The notes beneath the pieces were generated by a model. The model was given only the letters and a program-made list of their open reading frames with translations, did not search any database and was not told where the DNA came from. A stretch of DNA of 64,000 bases from the human T2T-CHM13v2.0 reference genome, Homo sapiens, in assembly GCF_009914755.1 (NCBI RefSeq), contig NC_060933.1. One strand, given 5' to 3'. Of the stretch, positions 30,644 through 45,009 are shown one piece after another (position 1 is the first letter of the stretch; each line of letters begins with the position of its first letter). The position numbers and the translations under genes were made by a program.

Positions 30644-30734
30644 CTCCATGGATTTCTCAACAGGAGGTGACACTATCATCCTCAGCAGCCCTGGACACAA
30701 AGTTCCAAGCACATGGAGCTGAGCCATTTTCCAC
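30644..30734 (-). other. Candidate 91-nt exon
   Basis: Minus strand cttctgttactgttcatcag|GTGGAAAATGGCT...ATGGAG|gtacgt in unique sequence. Confidence 0.35.
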
Positions 30735-31780
30735 CTGATGAACAGTAACAGAAGCTGTCTTCTTGAATCAAAAGACATGAAAGAAAGGGGCAAACTGTAG
30801 AGTGATGAGAAGAGAAAAAAAGATAAAGATCTATTCACTCTCTATCCCCAGGGAGCCAAACTAGTGGCTCGTCTTACTTCTTGTGAAGAGGCAATTCAGC
30901 ACCACTTATCCGATCCTTGTTGTGCCAGCTGGATAGTCTGAGACATAATTTTGGTTAACGGAGGGGGTATATTTTAATTCACAAGTAGCAAAGTATGAGT
31001 TGTGCTTGAAAGGAATCTTGGCAAATAAACCCCGCAGGTAGTAAATATAAATTGAATTGAGAGAGCATCATTTTCAGTGTTTGGGTATGGGGTTATGGAA
31101 GAAAAGTGTCGTATTTTTTCTTATCTTTTTAAAAATTTTTAATGTCTAAGACATCAAGAAAATAGAATTGGTATTGAGAGAAACTGACTATTTTAAAGGT
31201 GACTGTAATTGCACATAGGTCAATTTTAAACAATGACAAAAACAATTTTTAAAATGTTAAACATTCAAAATCTTATATATTAACATAAAAATATTTTAAA
31301 AATGAGTCTATTTCACAATATATTGCACAAAGTCCAAATATGCCAACATGTACTAACCGCTTTTCCTACAGAAATACCAGGTATTGATATATTCATTAGC
31401 TCATTTATAAATTTATTCACTCCATGTATTTATTCATTTGATAAGCACTTAAGGAGCTTGGGAGATACAAAGATGAAACAGACTCAGAGGTTTCTAATCT
31501 GTAATAAAACGATTAAACTCAACTATATCCACTGGAACAGGCTCACATACCTGTACATAGTTTATTTCTAGATTATAATATGAAATTCACCCATTTGTGT
31601 AATAGAAACTGTATAAATATAATTTATATATTCTCATACTATACTTTTATCATTTTGTATGATCATATTTTTTTAGTGTTATATTACTTATATTTATGCC
31701 CTATGTAAAAAGAACTCAAATGCATAATTCTAGTAAGGCAAATAAGAAGCCAGGATCTAAAAATGTGCATGAATTTATAG

Positions 31781-32092
<312 letters not shown>

Positions 32093-34418
32093 TATTAAAG
32101 CATTTTTAATTCTCTAACAACCATTTGGCATGACCAGAATCCTGAAGTTAAAAGGAGAAATAAGAATTTTACTTGTTCTGTGCTCCATTCTTTATCGGAT
32201 AGATGTTTGGTTCCATGCATACAGTTCTTCAACAGTGAAGAACCACAGCAAAGCCATAATTACTGCAAATAATTTTGACAAGAAACATGACAATGTTAGA
32301 TCAAAGAAAAAGATGGCTCTGCCACATGACCTCTCAGCAGAAATTCTGTTTTCCTGTCTTCTATTCTCTTTCACCTCTTGGCATAAGACCATAGAGACAG
32401 CACTGGCATGCCAAGTTGAAATTCATAAGTGATAACTTGATAAAGTGTAATTATGACTTGTATTTTTCCTTGTTAAGGTTGTCATTAAGGGTGTCAGTAA
32501 GGCTATACATTAAGGTTATAACACCAAAAGGAAGGCTTTATGCGACTCTGGGAACTTTACAATGTTTACTATTAATCCACTCCCCAAAGCGCCAATTACA
32601 CTTGTGTCTATAATCAGTTTGGAACTCTTTGGGGAGATAATGAATCTCTAAAAACGATGACAAATGTATGCAACTTTTTAATGTTTGTTCCTGGGGCAAA
32701 GTCCAGGTTACTCTGCCCTAGATGCATGTCTGCTGGGCATTATGAAATCTGTTCTTTAGGCTAACCTTGATCTCCATATTGGTAACTTCACAATCTCTCA
32801 GTTATATTCTGCACAGTGCTCCCCAAGACCCTCCTCCCTGAGTAATCCTGTCTCTCAAATTTGATCCCTGACTATAATACAGGATATGCCACCTTTTATC
32901 TCTGGGTAATTATGAATGAAATGTGTCTATAGATAAAATTCATTGTTTAGGTGTCCTCATCTGTTACCGGTGGTTGTTGTACACTGTTCATTCTCTCCTC
33001 TCCCAGAGGTATGAGTTATCCATCTCCCTTATCCATTAGTTCATCCATGCTCCAGGCTGCTCAAAGCCTCAGACCACTTCCACTGTGACAAATGTATGCC
33101 AAACAGAGGTAGTCCTTGATTTATTATGTCTTGGGACTGACATCTATAGTCTCCAAGTGGATTTCAGGAGGGAAAAACATCTACTCTACAGAAAACCCTC
33201 CCTATGTCAGGACAAGTACTGAAAATTCTGTTTTTGTTTGTCATGGAACTTAGTGGTTTTACTGGGTAAGACTTAAGAGGCTCTGATTTCCTTCAGAATG
33301 GGACAGCTGGATAATACTATTGTCCTGTTTTCTTTCCATAACTTACACATACCTATTAAGGTATTAGTGAAAAAGCATACCGGGCCACTTATATTACATT
33401 TATACAGACAGTTAAGGGGCCCTACAAACACCCTGTCATCTTCCCTTCCTACAGGAAATGCTGCAAAGACTAGTTAGGCTGTCAGTAACTGTGTTGCTCT
33501 TAAATAGGAGAATTTTCTGCAAATAAATTCCTTAAGAGACTGCACACAGAGAAAGCCAGCAAATGCTCACCTAAAATTCTGAGGATGCTTTCTGCACTAA
33601 AATAAGTGTCATTTTCTTGAATCTATTCACTGTGTAGTGGGCATGAGCTTTCGTCTACAAACTCATGTATGCAAGGCATGCCACTTTATTTCTCCATAAA
33701 GGAAATTAATTTTTACTTATAGCTTCTAGTATGTTTTGTGACACAAATATAACCTTTTAGATTAGTTTAACATCCTCTCCTTCACCTCCAGTGATTTAAC
33801 TAATTTCTTAGGGACTTAAGTGATATTAAGGCCTAGGTCAGATAAAGGGAGCCCTTCTAATTCTCAACATTGAAATGCTTAATCCTTTGAGTCTGAGAAG
33901 AAGGTTTTGAGTTTGCAAAGAAAGGCAAAGATCCCTGCTATCACCATTTCTGTTCATTCTCACTTTAGATCTCCTAGCCAATATAGTAAGGCAAGGAAAA
34001 AAAATAAAAGCATAAGAATTACAAAAGTAGCAGCAAAATGATCTTTATTTACTATGATATAATTGTGTTTATGGACAATAAAAAAGAATCTTCCAACGAA
34101 TTATGACTTATTAACACAATTAGCAAGATTGTTGGATATGAAATAAGTGCAGATAAATCATTTCAATTTCTATTCTCCAGCAACAAAGCTTTAAAATGTT
34201 TTTTAAGTGTTTTTAATTAAAATTTTTTTCTACCAGTTACAATAGTAAGAAAAATCATATGCATGATTTCAATGGTGAAAATTGTAACATTTTATTGAAA
34301 GATATAAAAGAATAGTGTAAGTGAAAATAGTTAACAGATTGGAATAGTCAATATTGCAAAAATGTTACTTGATCACAAATTAATCTATAAATTTGATTGC
34401 AATAAAAATTCCAACCCC

Positions 34419-34468
34419 GTGTGTGTGTGTGCACATGTATGTGTGCGTGTGTGTGTATGTGTGTGTGT
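34419..34468. repeat. Imperfect (TG)n microsatellite
   Basis: gtgtgtgtgtgtgcacatgtatgtgtgcgtgtgtgtgtatgtgtgtgtgt. Confidence 0.9.
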
Positions 34469-34748
34469 ATTATATATGGAGCCTAACAAACTGCTTCTAT
34501 AATATGTAGGGAATTATGAAGTTCCAATAGTTATACATACTAATTAATTAGAGGAATAATGTCATGGGACTTGACTACCAGATAGCAAACTTCAATTATA
34601 AAGCCATATTATTGAAGATAGATAGGTATTGGAGTAGTGATTAACAAACAGAATCTGAGGCAAAGCCCTAGTTGTTTGTTAGAACAAAATAGAGAGCCCC
34701 AAAATAGAATGATGAGTGCATAAATGCAATATATGAGTAAGTTCATAA

Positions 34749-35070
<322 letters not shown>

Positions 35071-37571
35071 GAAAGAATGAACTTTTACAAATAAATTGCA
35101 CTGGAACAACTGACTACATACATGGAAAAAAATCCCTTCGTCAACCGTACACACAAATCAATTCTTGATGAATGAAGCACACATATGTGAAAGGCAAAAT
35201 TTTAAAAGCAATTTAGGGAAATATTTTTTTATGTTGGGGTAAAAGAATTATTTAAGGCACAAAATGGGTAGATTATGAAGGGAAAGATTGTATCAAAAAC
35301 TTCTATCCTCAAAAGCCATCAGGGAGTAAAAATTTAAGCTATAAATTTGGATATGACACAACACAAATATTACTATGTAGCATATACAAAAAAAACTCCA
35401 AGAATCAGCAAGAAACACTATGAGAAAATAAGAAATAATCACAAATTTTACAAGAGAGAAGAAATAAATGACCCATAAGTAGATTACAATGTGTTGACCC
35501 TTTTAGTAATCAAAGAAACCAATTAAAATCATGAGATATAATTCATGACTACAAGTTTGGCAAAAATATAAATATGGAATAATATCAAGCAATGCCATTA
35601 ATAGAGAGCAAAGAGGGTGTTCATCCATTAAAAGCAGATATGTAAATGAGTAAAACTTCTTTGGAAATCACGTAGGAAAGTTGAACACGTACTGGCCTCT
35701 GATTCAGAAATTCTATTACTAGGTATTAATTCTTGACAAATTTTTGCCTATATGTACCAGGAAATATGCATGAAATATTTATAATTATGCTGCTTATGAT
35801 AGCAATAAAACTGGAAAACCCCATGTGTGCCTCATAAGTAAAATGAAAAAATAAGTTGTGATATGCCCATATCATGTAATACTATACTGCCATGAAAAAG
35901 AATGAACTTAAGTTCTAATCACTGAAGTAGGTGAATCACAAAACTATAATGATAAATGATATAATCAAGCTACGTAAGAATTCATACAATGTGATCTCAT
36001 TACTTAAATTACCAAAACAGATACAACTAAGTAATATTTAGGAATTCCAAAAAAGCTTATTTTTTTTAAAGAAAAGTTATTAAGAAAAGCAAGGGAATAA
36101 CAAACATGATATTCAGGATAGCAGCCACCTCTGAAGGCCTGCACAGAAAGGAAGACGCAACTGAAATGGGGATGGTGTCTATGGCCACACCACCCTCACG
36201 TGCTCAAGCTTGTCTGAAATGGGAATAGTAAATGTATTTGTTTTCCTGAGTAACGTGTACGTAGTTCTGCATTTCATCATTATTCTTACACTGCATTTAT
36301 TTTGTTTACTGTGTTTTTTCCTATGTAGGCTATATAATTCAATAAAAATAGTTTTGTTTTTGTTTGTTATAAATAGTTTATGATGAGTCATACTGAGGTA
36401 AAAGGCAACAGGTATCAGTTGAAAGTTTTGGGAAAATCAATGTGACAAATCAAAGGAGTCTAATTTTTTTTAACTGATTTAAAAAAAAGATGTGGACAAC
36501 AAAGAATATTACAAGGTGGCAAAAAGTGAAGTCCACAAAAGAGGCTCATTAGTCTGCAAAATATTCTCCTGATCATGTAAAATGCAGAGCACCTCCCCAA
36601 ATAGAAAATGTCTGCGGTCCAATATGAATATAATAATTTGACTCTTCTCATGGCAATATTTTAACAAATATCTAATCTGTATTAAAGTAACATGAAGGAG
36701 AAAACACTAACAGGAAAAATGCTTCAGCAATGTGTAATCCACATACACATGAAATAGTTAAGCATCGCACTCCACACATGGGTTTCAGGAAAAGAGGATG
36801 CAGAGACAAAGTCAGAGAGTAGAACTGTAAAGCAGGAGGTTATTTTTTAAAAACATAAAAAGAAAAATGAAATACAAAGGAAAGGCGACTAATTATAAAG
36901 AGTGTGGGATAGCAATGCAAAACGCAGCACATTTTGTTCTAGTGGTCCTGTTATTTCTACCAGTGCTGGGGCTGGGGCAGCTGCTCGGATGTGTATCACC
37001 TAGCATTAAGCATTAAGCAGTAGAAATAACTGCTTTATTCCTTGGTCCATGGGAAAATCCTGATCAATTAGTACAATTTCAGTAAAAGGAACAATAACTG
37101 CGGATCTACTATGAGGCAACCACTGTCCTAAATCCTAGCACTTGAAAGTAAATAAGACATGATCCCAGATTAGAAGAGGAGAAATCAACAACCTTTGTAG
37201 AGGTGATAAATTCCATGGAAGAGTGGTCCCCCAAAGAAGCACAGAACATTAGCACTTGGCCATGCCAAAGAGGTCAAAGAGGCTTCCCAAAGGGAGCAAT
37301 TCTTGAATGGAATCTCAAAGGAGTTAGGGAAAGGTAAGAGCACCACAGTACCAGTATCAGAACAAATGCAAAAGATACCAAATCAGATAAAACTGAACCA
37401 TGTTAGAAGGGAGTCTAATACTAAAAGGAGGAATAAAGTGTTAATTTTCAAAGAAACACAATTCTTAAACAGTATAGGTTATTAGGCACAAAGAAAAGTA
37501 CATATGCAACATCATATAATATAAGATTAATACAAACTCTCTAGATATGACATCAAAGGCTTACAAACTAT

Positions 37572-37653
37572 TTAGGTTGAACCGTATGTCCTTGCTGGGG
37601 TTTTTTGTCATGTTTGATGGACAGAAACAGTAACTCTATGTGGCTCAACCTGA
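37572..37653. mobile_element. MADE2-like mariner MITE
   Basis: About 80 bp with terminal inverted repeats ttaggttgaaccgtat...atgtggctcaacctga. Confidence 0.75.
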
Positions 37654-37960
37654 CAGAAAGGAATAGATTGACAGATTTGATCAGAAATAACCTGGACATG
37701 TATATGACAGAGGGTTAATGATGACATATTGAGATATCCATATGTAACACATATATTATAGAAATCTTACCTATCAAGAAAAAACGTGAAACCTAAAAGG
37801 AAAAGAAAATACCAGTGCCCAACAAGTATAAGCAGAAATAGTCCGCTACAATGATAATCAAAGAAATGCATACTAACACCATAAGAACATACTTCTCTTT
37901 TGGTTAGCAGATTGGTAAGACTCATGTCAAGTTCTCTCCTCACCAAACTTATCCTGCTTA

Positions 37961-37964
<4 letters not shown>

Positions 37965-38002
<38 letters not shown>
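37965..38002 (+). repeat. Uninterrupted A38 mononucleotide run
   Basis: Direct count. Confidence 0.95.
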
Positions 38003-38004
<2 letters not shown>

Positions 38005-38724
38005 ACCAACGACCATTTATGCTCATTTCTTTCTTCAGTCGAATTGCTGAAGAATACCCCATAGTGGAAATGAAAGGAATTTGATTTCTTTAACAGATGG
38101 GCCTTTACTACAAATATTTCCTTTGGCCCAGCTACTGAGCCCAAAATGCGTACACAGACAGAGGAGGGCAACCCCTTCCTGTGAAAATATCAACAGTTGC
38201 AGCCAGATCCACTGGGTAGAAAATATACTATGAAAAAAAAATCTCCAAATACGGATAGTTACACAACGGAGCTCAAAGGTGTGTTGGCTTACTGATGTTC
38301 TCCAGGGCAATAGAGGGTGTAGTTAAATATTTGTCCATCTGGCAGTTTTGAAAAACAAAGTATTTTTAAAAGAAACTGAAATCTAGACTTAAAAGGAAAA
38401 CTTTATAGGAGCAAAAAAATGAAACTGTATGTTTTTACCATGCACATGTGTTTGTGGCAAGCGTCTTGGAAAGACACGAAGCCATTTAGTAAGCCTGGCA
38501 TAACATGGAGGGCTGTTAGGGACTCTATGACAGCCTAGAAAGAACCCTGGTGTGAACACTTGGAAGTGTTGGTTCCCCCAGCCCCCAAGCAGGCTCAGAG
38601 GACAACCTCTAAGGAAGGAAGAGCCTGGGGGAGAGGACTCAGCGTAGACAGGGAGAGATGATTCAGGAGCAATGCTGACTGATGTTTTTTCAAAGGTACC
38701 AATACCCAGCATTGACGGAAATTA

Positions 38725-39027
<303 letters not shown>

Positions 39028-39854
39028 GGGGATGTATAAGGTTCTCCCCTTTTATTGTGTAATGTAAAACCAATTATGCTCTACTGATACATGGTTTCCA
39101 ACATGGTAGTTTCAACTAAGCAGTTTCCTCCAGTGATGGACACCAGCAACTCAGGCACGTGAATGCCATATGGTGGGTCCTGCAGTCACGTGAACCACTA
39201 AAATTTACTGCCTATTTTTGTAGGCAAATTTCATTAGGGAAGTCTCATTATGATTTTGAAATTTTGTTTAAACAGAATGTTTGTGGAAAAATATTCCCCA
39301 CATGGAAAATTTCCCAATGGGAACATATGTATGTTATGTGTGATGCTATGACAAGTAAAGCACGCCTACAAATCACAGAAGTCTCTGGCTAAGTCAGCAC
39401 CCTTCCCCTTCAGAAAAAGCCAACAACAGCAAGGGGCCATCTCAGAAAAAAAAAGAAAAGAAAAGAAAAGAAAAGCCCTGGATTTTTGAGAGAGGATTTG
39501 TGGGAGAAAAAAATTAAATAATGGAGTCAAATAAGATTTTAGCATTAGCTTTGTTGAAGACACAGATTCAGACCACCCTGTATTCCAACACTTACTCAGT
39601 GATACAAAAGCCTTTGTGCAGGTCCTTGAAGGTGCTGGGTTTTGCTCCCCTTAGCTAAGGGTCTTTGCACATGGGGTTCTCGTGGCCTCCTCTCACACAA
39701 ACACATACACACACACAAATGCATCAATACAAGGGCTGATTCCTTTCTTTCTCCAGATCTTAACCCAAATGGCACACATTCAAGGAGGAACTCTCTGATC
39801 AATATATCTACATTCATTCCCCTATTATTCTCTATTTCAGCATCCTATTTGCTT

Positions 39855-40041
39855 CCATTATAGCATTTATCAGATTCACTTGACTGTTCATATGTTTTTT
39901 GTTGTTTTTCCCTAGGTTGATAGTAAGCTCTGTGCAGGCAAAGACCACATGTGTCTTGTTCACCACTGTGTCCCCAGCACCTGGAAAGTGCCTGGTATAT
40001 AAGACATTCTTAATAAATATTTGCTGAAATGGATAGTGAAT
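39855..40041 (+). mobile_element. L2 3' end
   Basis: gtaagctctgtgcaggcaaagacca...gtcttgttcaccactgtgtccccagcacct...aataaatatttgctgaa. Confidence 0.8.
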
Positions 40042-40711
40042 ATCCTGGAGGAAGAGGCACTCTCACAGACAAGTCAGAACCACAAAAGCAAAGTCGGGAG
40101 GTGTGTCAAAGTGACAAGGACCAACCCTGGTTTTTCAAGGTTAGCCTGTGTCATGGAAGAAGCTGAGAAAACAACAGCAATTCAGGACACACGGGATAAA
40201 GAAGAGGCAAACTTTAGCAGTGGGACAGTGACAGAGTTGAATGACCATTAAGAACAGTTCATAAGCACCTGGACCCACTTACAGGATCAGGTTAGAGCTT
40301 GAGTCACCTTACATCCAAATCACTTGCCCCCAACTGCTACCATCTATTTTATTCACATATTTTGTTTGCTTTCTGGAATAAGGCTCCTTGGGAAAGCATT
40401 TTGTTCATTGCTGTCTCCCCAGGTACAGTATCTAGTACATGGAATCCACTCAATATATTTGAATTAATTCTGCTGGTGGGAGTTTAGAGCCACGTCTGTC
40501 TTTCTGTCCTTTTCATTGCTGTCTACAGCATTTTAACTACACTCTTCCTAAACTGAGGAGGTATACTTTTCATATTATTTTAGAATTTGCTGGATTCCTA
40601 AGCAATCATATTAATTTCTTATTAAATTCATAAAAATTACAGGAGAAAACCACATTTGAGTGTACATTAACATCCTCAACAATGGTAAGGTACTGTAGAT
40701 ATGAAAATTGT

Positions 40712-40985
40712 GGCCAGGTGCGGTGGATCACACCTGTAATCCCAGCACTTTGGGAGGCCAAGGTGGGCAGATCACCTGAGATTGGAAGTTCGAGACCAGC
40801 CTGACCAACATGGAGAAACCCCGTCTCTACTAAAAGTACAAAATTAGCCAGGCGTGGTGGCACATGCCTGTAATCCTGGCTACTCCGGAGGCTGAGGCAG
40901 GAGAATCACTTGAACCTGGGAGGCAGAGGTTGTGGCAAGCCAAGATCACAACATTGCTCTCCAGCCTGGGCAACAAGGGCAAAAC
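40712..40985 (+). mobile_element. AluSp-like element (host of the GA array)
   Basis: ctgaccaacatggagaaacc diagnostic; TSD gaaaattgt at 40703-40711 and 42109-42117. Confidence 0.92.
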
Positions 40986-42113
40986 AGAAAGAGAGAAAGA
41001 AAGAAAGAAAGGAAAGAAAGAAAGAAAAAGAAAGAAAGAAAGAAAGAAAGGAAAGAAAGAAAGGAAAAGAAAGAATGAAAGAAAGAAAGGAAAGAAAGAA
41101 AGGAAAAGAAAGAATGAAAGAAAGAAAGAAAGGAAAGAAAGAAAGAAAAAGAAAGAATGAAAGAAAGAAAGAAAGGAAAGAAAGAAAGGAAAAGAAAGAA
41201 TGAAAGAAAGAAAGAAAGGAAAGAAAGAAAGAAAAAGAAAGAATGAAAGAAAGAAAGAAAGGAAAGAAAGAGAGAAAGAAAGAAAAGAAAGAAAGAAAAA
41301 GAAAGAACGAAAGAAAGAAAGAAAGGAAAGAAAGAGAGAAAGAAAGAAAAGAAAGAAAGAAAAAGAAAGAATGAAAGAAAGAAAGAAAGGAAAGAAAGAA
41401 AGAAAAAGAAAGAATGAAAGAAAGAAAGAAAGGAAAGAAAGAAAGGAAAAGAAAGAATGAAAGAAAGAAAGGAAAGAAAGAAAGAAAAAGAAAGAATGAA
41501 AGAAAGAAAGAAAGGAAAGAAAGAGAGAAAGAAAGAAAAGAAAGAAAGAAAAAGAAAGAACGAAAGAAAGAAAGAAAGGAAAGAAAGAGAGAAAGAAAGA
41601 AAAGAAAGAAAGAAAAAGAAAGAATGAAAGAAAGAAAGAAAGGAAAGAAAGAAAGAAAAAGAAAGAATGAAAGAAAGAAAGAAAGGAAAGAAAGAAAGAA
41701 AAAGAAAGAATGAAAGAAAGAAAGAAAGGAAAGAAAGAGAGAAAGAAAGAAAAGAAAGAAAGAAAAAGAAAGAACGAAAGAAAGAAAGAAAGGAAAGAAA
41801 GAGAGAAAGAAAGAAAAGAAAGAAAGAAAAAGAAAGAATGAAAGAAAGAAAGAAAGGAAAGAAAGAAAGGAAAAGAAAGAATGAAAGAAAGAAAGAAAGG
41901 AAAGAAAGAAAGAAAAAGAAAGAATGAAAGAAAGAAAGAAAGGAAAGAAAGAGAAAGAAAGAAAAGAAAGAAAAAGAAAGAACGAAAGAAAGAAAGAAAG
42001 GAAAGAAAGAGAGAAAGAAAGAAAAGAAAGAAAGAAAAAGAAAGAATGAAAGAAAGAAAGAAAGGAAAGAAAGAAAGGAAAAGAAAGAAAAAGAAAAAGA
42101 AAGAAAGAGAAAA
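40986..42113 (+). repeat. 1.13-kb complex (GAAA)n polypurine array with 214-bp higher-order period
   Basis: Only 20 pyrimidines in 1128 bp, spaced mostly 43 or 64 bp apart. Confidence 0.97.
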
Positions 42114-42699
42114 TTGTAACTAAACAAAGGCTCACTCACCCCAAGCAGGTAAAAGGGTAGTGCTATTTTTAAAAACAAGAGGTATGCCAAAGGACTACAA
42201 AGTCTGTGCATATTTATGTTTAAACTTCAAGTAAAATTGTTATTTTTTTTAGAAGTCTGTTGTTGGAAACATCTGTGAGCACCATCTGTATAGGAATTTA
42301 AAGTTAAAATTAATGGCATGCTCTTTCTTGTTTAAGACTCACCAGCATGAGAACTTAAACCATAGGAGAGATGTTCTTACTTAGGAATATTACTGCCCTG
42401 CCCACTATCCTCTCCCAATGTAAAATAACTCATTTACTAACTGAAATATCATCAGACTCTACAAGTGGCTGATGTGACTAGATATCTTTAAGTCAATAAG
42501 ACCTAAGGTATGTGTGTATGCTACCAGCTTTACCAGCTACCTTGAACTTGTAAGAATGTCTGTCCCTACCCCTCGGGGCACCGCTGGACGACCATTCTTT
42601 CTCAGTCTCACTTTTAGGCCTTCTTTCCTCCTTTCTAGTGCTTCCCAAGGTGCCATATCGTGATCCTTCACTCTTATTCCTTTCTTGGACTCCTATCAA

Positions 42700-43442
<743 letters not shown>

Positions 43443-43664
43443 TCTATTCTTACATTTTTAACTACCACCCCTCTTCAGGAGTTTCAAATTACAAGTCAAG
43501 TGCCCTATCTAATATACCAACATCTATGTGAGTTCAGATACTGTCTTCTGAGAGTTATGTTTCATAATTGTGTCTATGTTCCTCCTTTTTAAACGCATTA
43601 ATCTGTCCCACTTCCTACCGCCAGTGGGTTTCCTCAGGGAATTCTGACAGTTAGACAATATATT

Positions 43665-43860
43665 AGGGAGGCAGAATGCCTGATATGAGCCCTGGTTCTG
43701 CCACTTGCTAGCTAAATGACCCTGGGAAACTTATTTAACCTTTGTGGTCCTTAGTGTTCTCACCTGTAGTACCAGCTTCAATGGGTTTTTTTACCAGGAT
43801 AAAGGAAATAATATATGGAAAGTACATGCACTAGCATGATACATAGACCAGTGCCTGAAA
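43665..43860 (+). mobile_element. MIR
   Basis: cctggttctgccacttgctagct...tgaccctgggaaacttatttaacc. Confidence 0.75.
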
Positions 43861-44715
43861 TGTCATAAAAGCAAACCTAAAAGCTAGCTACTATTTTTTT
43901 GGATTTTAAGTTAAAATAATTTATACTTGCCAACATAAAATTAACTTCCATTTCAACTTAAAAGACATCTAGTGATTCAGGATAATCATCCAGAGTTTTT
44001 AATCCTTCAGGTAGTTTGTCTCAATATTGGGAGAGATCAAGAAGCTCAATCTAAGTTTTTCTTTAAAATCAGCCATCCTTATATGTGAAGAAAACGTGGA
44101 GAATACAACACTTGATCTGTCTAATGGCCTAGGAGACTCGATCAGATGGCCTTACAGGTTGTCTCTCAGCTCGCCTCTCAGAATCTGAGCCTAATAAACG
44201 CAGTACTGTTATATTAGCTTGTTATTCTTTTAAGTGGTGAGGTCACACATTTCTGATAAAAAAGATTTCTAATTATGGGACACACCTATTTATATAGGTA
44301 AGCCATAAATTAGTAGAATTGACCATGCTGATCATTAGAATACTTTCTTCTGGTTAGTGAGGGAAATGTTATTCACTAACATTTACTAACTTTGCACTTT
44401 ACCATAACTCAATTAAGATTTTATAAGCTAAAGACTAATGTATTCTACATTACTTAGTCTATACAGTTCAAAACTCAGCTAGGAAATAAAAAAGGCTATT
44501 CACTCTGCAAAATGCTATAAAAGCTAGAATAACTATTCCTAAGAAAGAATTGTGAATTAAGTCTGAATTTTGTATCACACTTACAAAGTATATTACATTT
44601 TTTGTTCAAAATAACTTTTATAGACTAAGAAGCTGCAATTCTCAAACATTTTAAAAAATACATTTTCCATAATTTCAATTTTAATTAAAATCAGCAAACA
44701 TAGAACAGGTAAATC

Positions 44716-44902
44716 CAGAGGCAAATTTACCATGAAATTCATGAAACTTGGGAGATGGGAAAGAACTCTAGTAATGTGTTTACATATTTGCATGTTTTTG
44801 TAACACTTACCTAAGTAAGATATTTTACATTTTCTTCTAAAAGTGCCCATCCAGTCTAAAACTGTATAAGCTTTAGGCCCCACTGAACCCTAACTCCTCC
44901 AA
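44716..44902. mobile_element. hAT (Tip100-like) DNA transposon relic
   Basis: cagaggcaaatttaccatgaa start and aagctttaggcccc near the end resemble FordPrefect/MER-type ends; exact family unsure. Confidence 0.5.
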
Positions 44903-44976
44903 TCCTGCCTGGGTGTGCACCATGTTATCTGACGGTTAGAAATAATTAAATCTTTCCCATTGCTGTTCAAATTACC

Positions 44977-45009
44977 TGCATTCTCACTAGCATCCACTAG
45001 AGGGCCGTA
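44977..45009 (+). promoter_or_regulatory. CTCF binding motif (core plus upstream module)
   Basis: TGCATTCTC-N5-CATCCACTAGAGGGCCGTA versus consensus TGCAGTNCC-N5/6-TGGCCASYAGRKGGCRCTA. Confidence 0.65.

Noticed and set aside
41076-42047. Regularly spaced units resembling a CRISPR array
   Set aside because: No unique spacers, eukaryotic context, no cas genes; it is a tandem repeat
40906-42211. 409-aa and 421-aa Phe/Leu/Ser ORFs and the Lys/Glu/Arg ORFs on the other strand
   Set aside because: Artefact of the GAAA array: the T/C strand essentially cannot form stop codons; no evidence of coding
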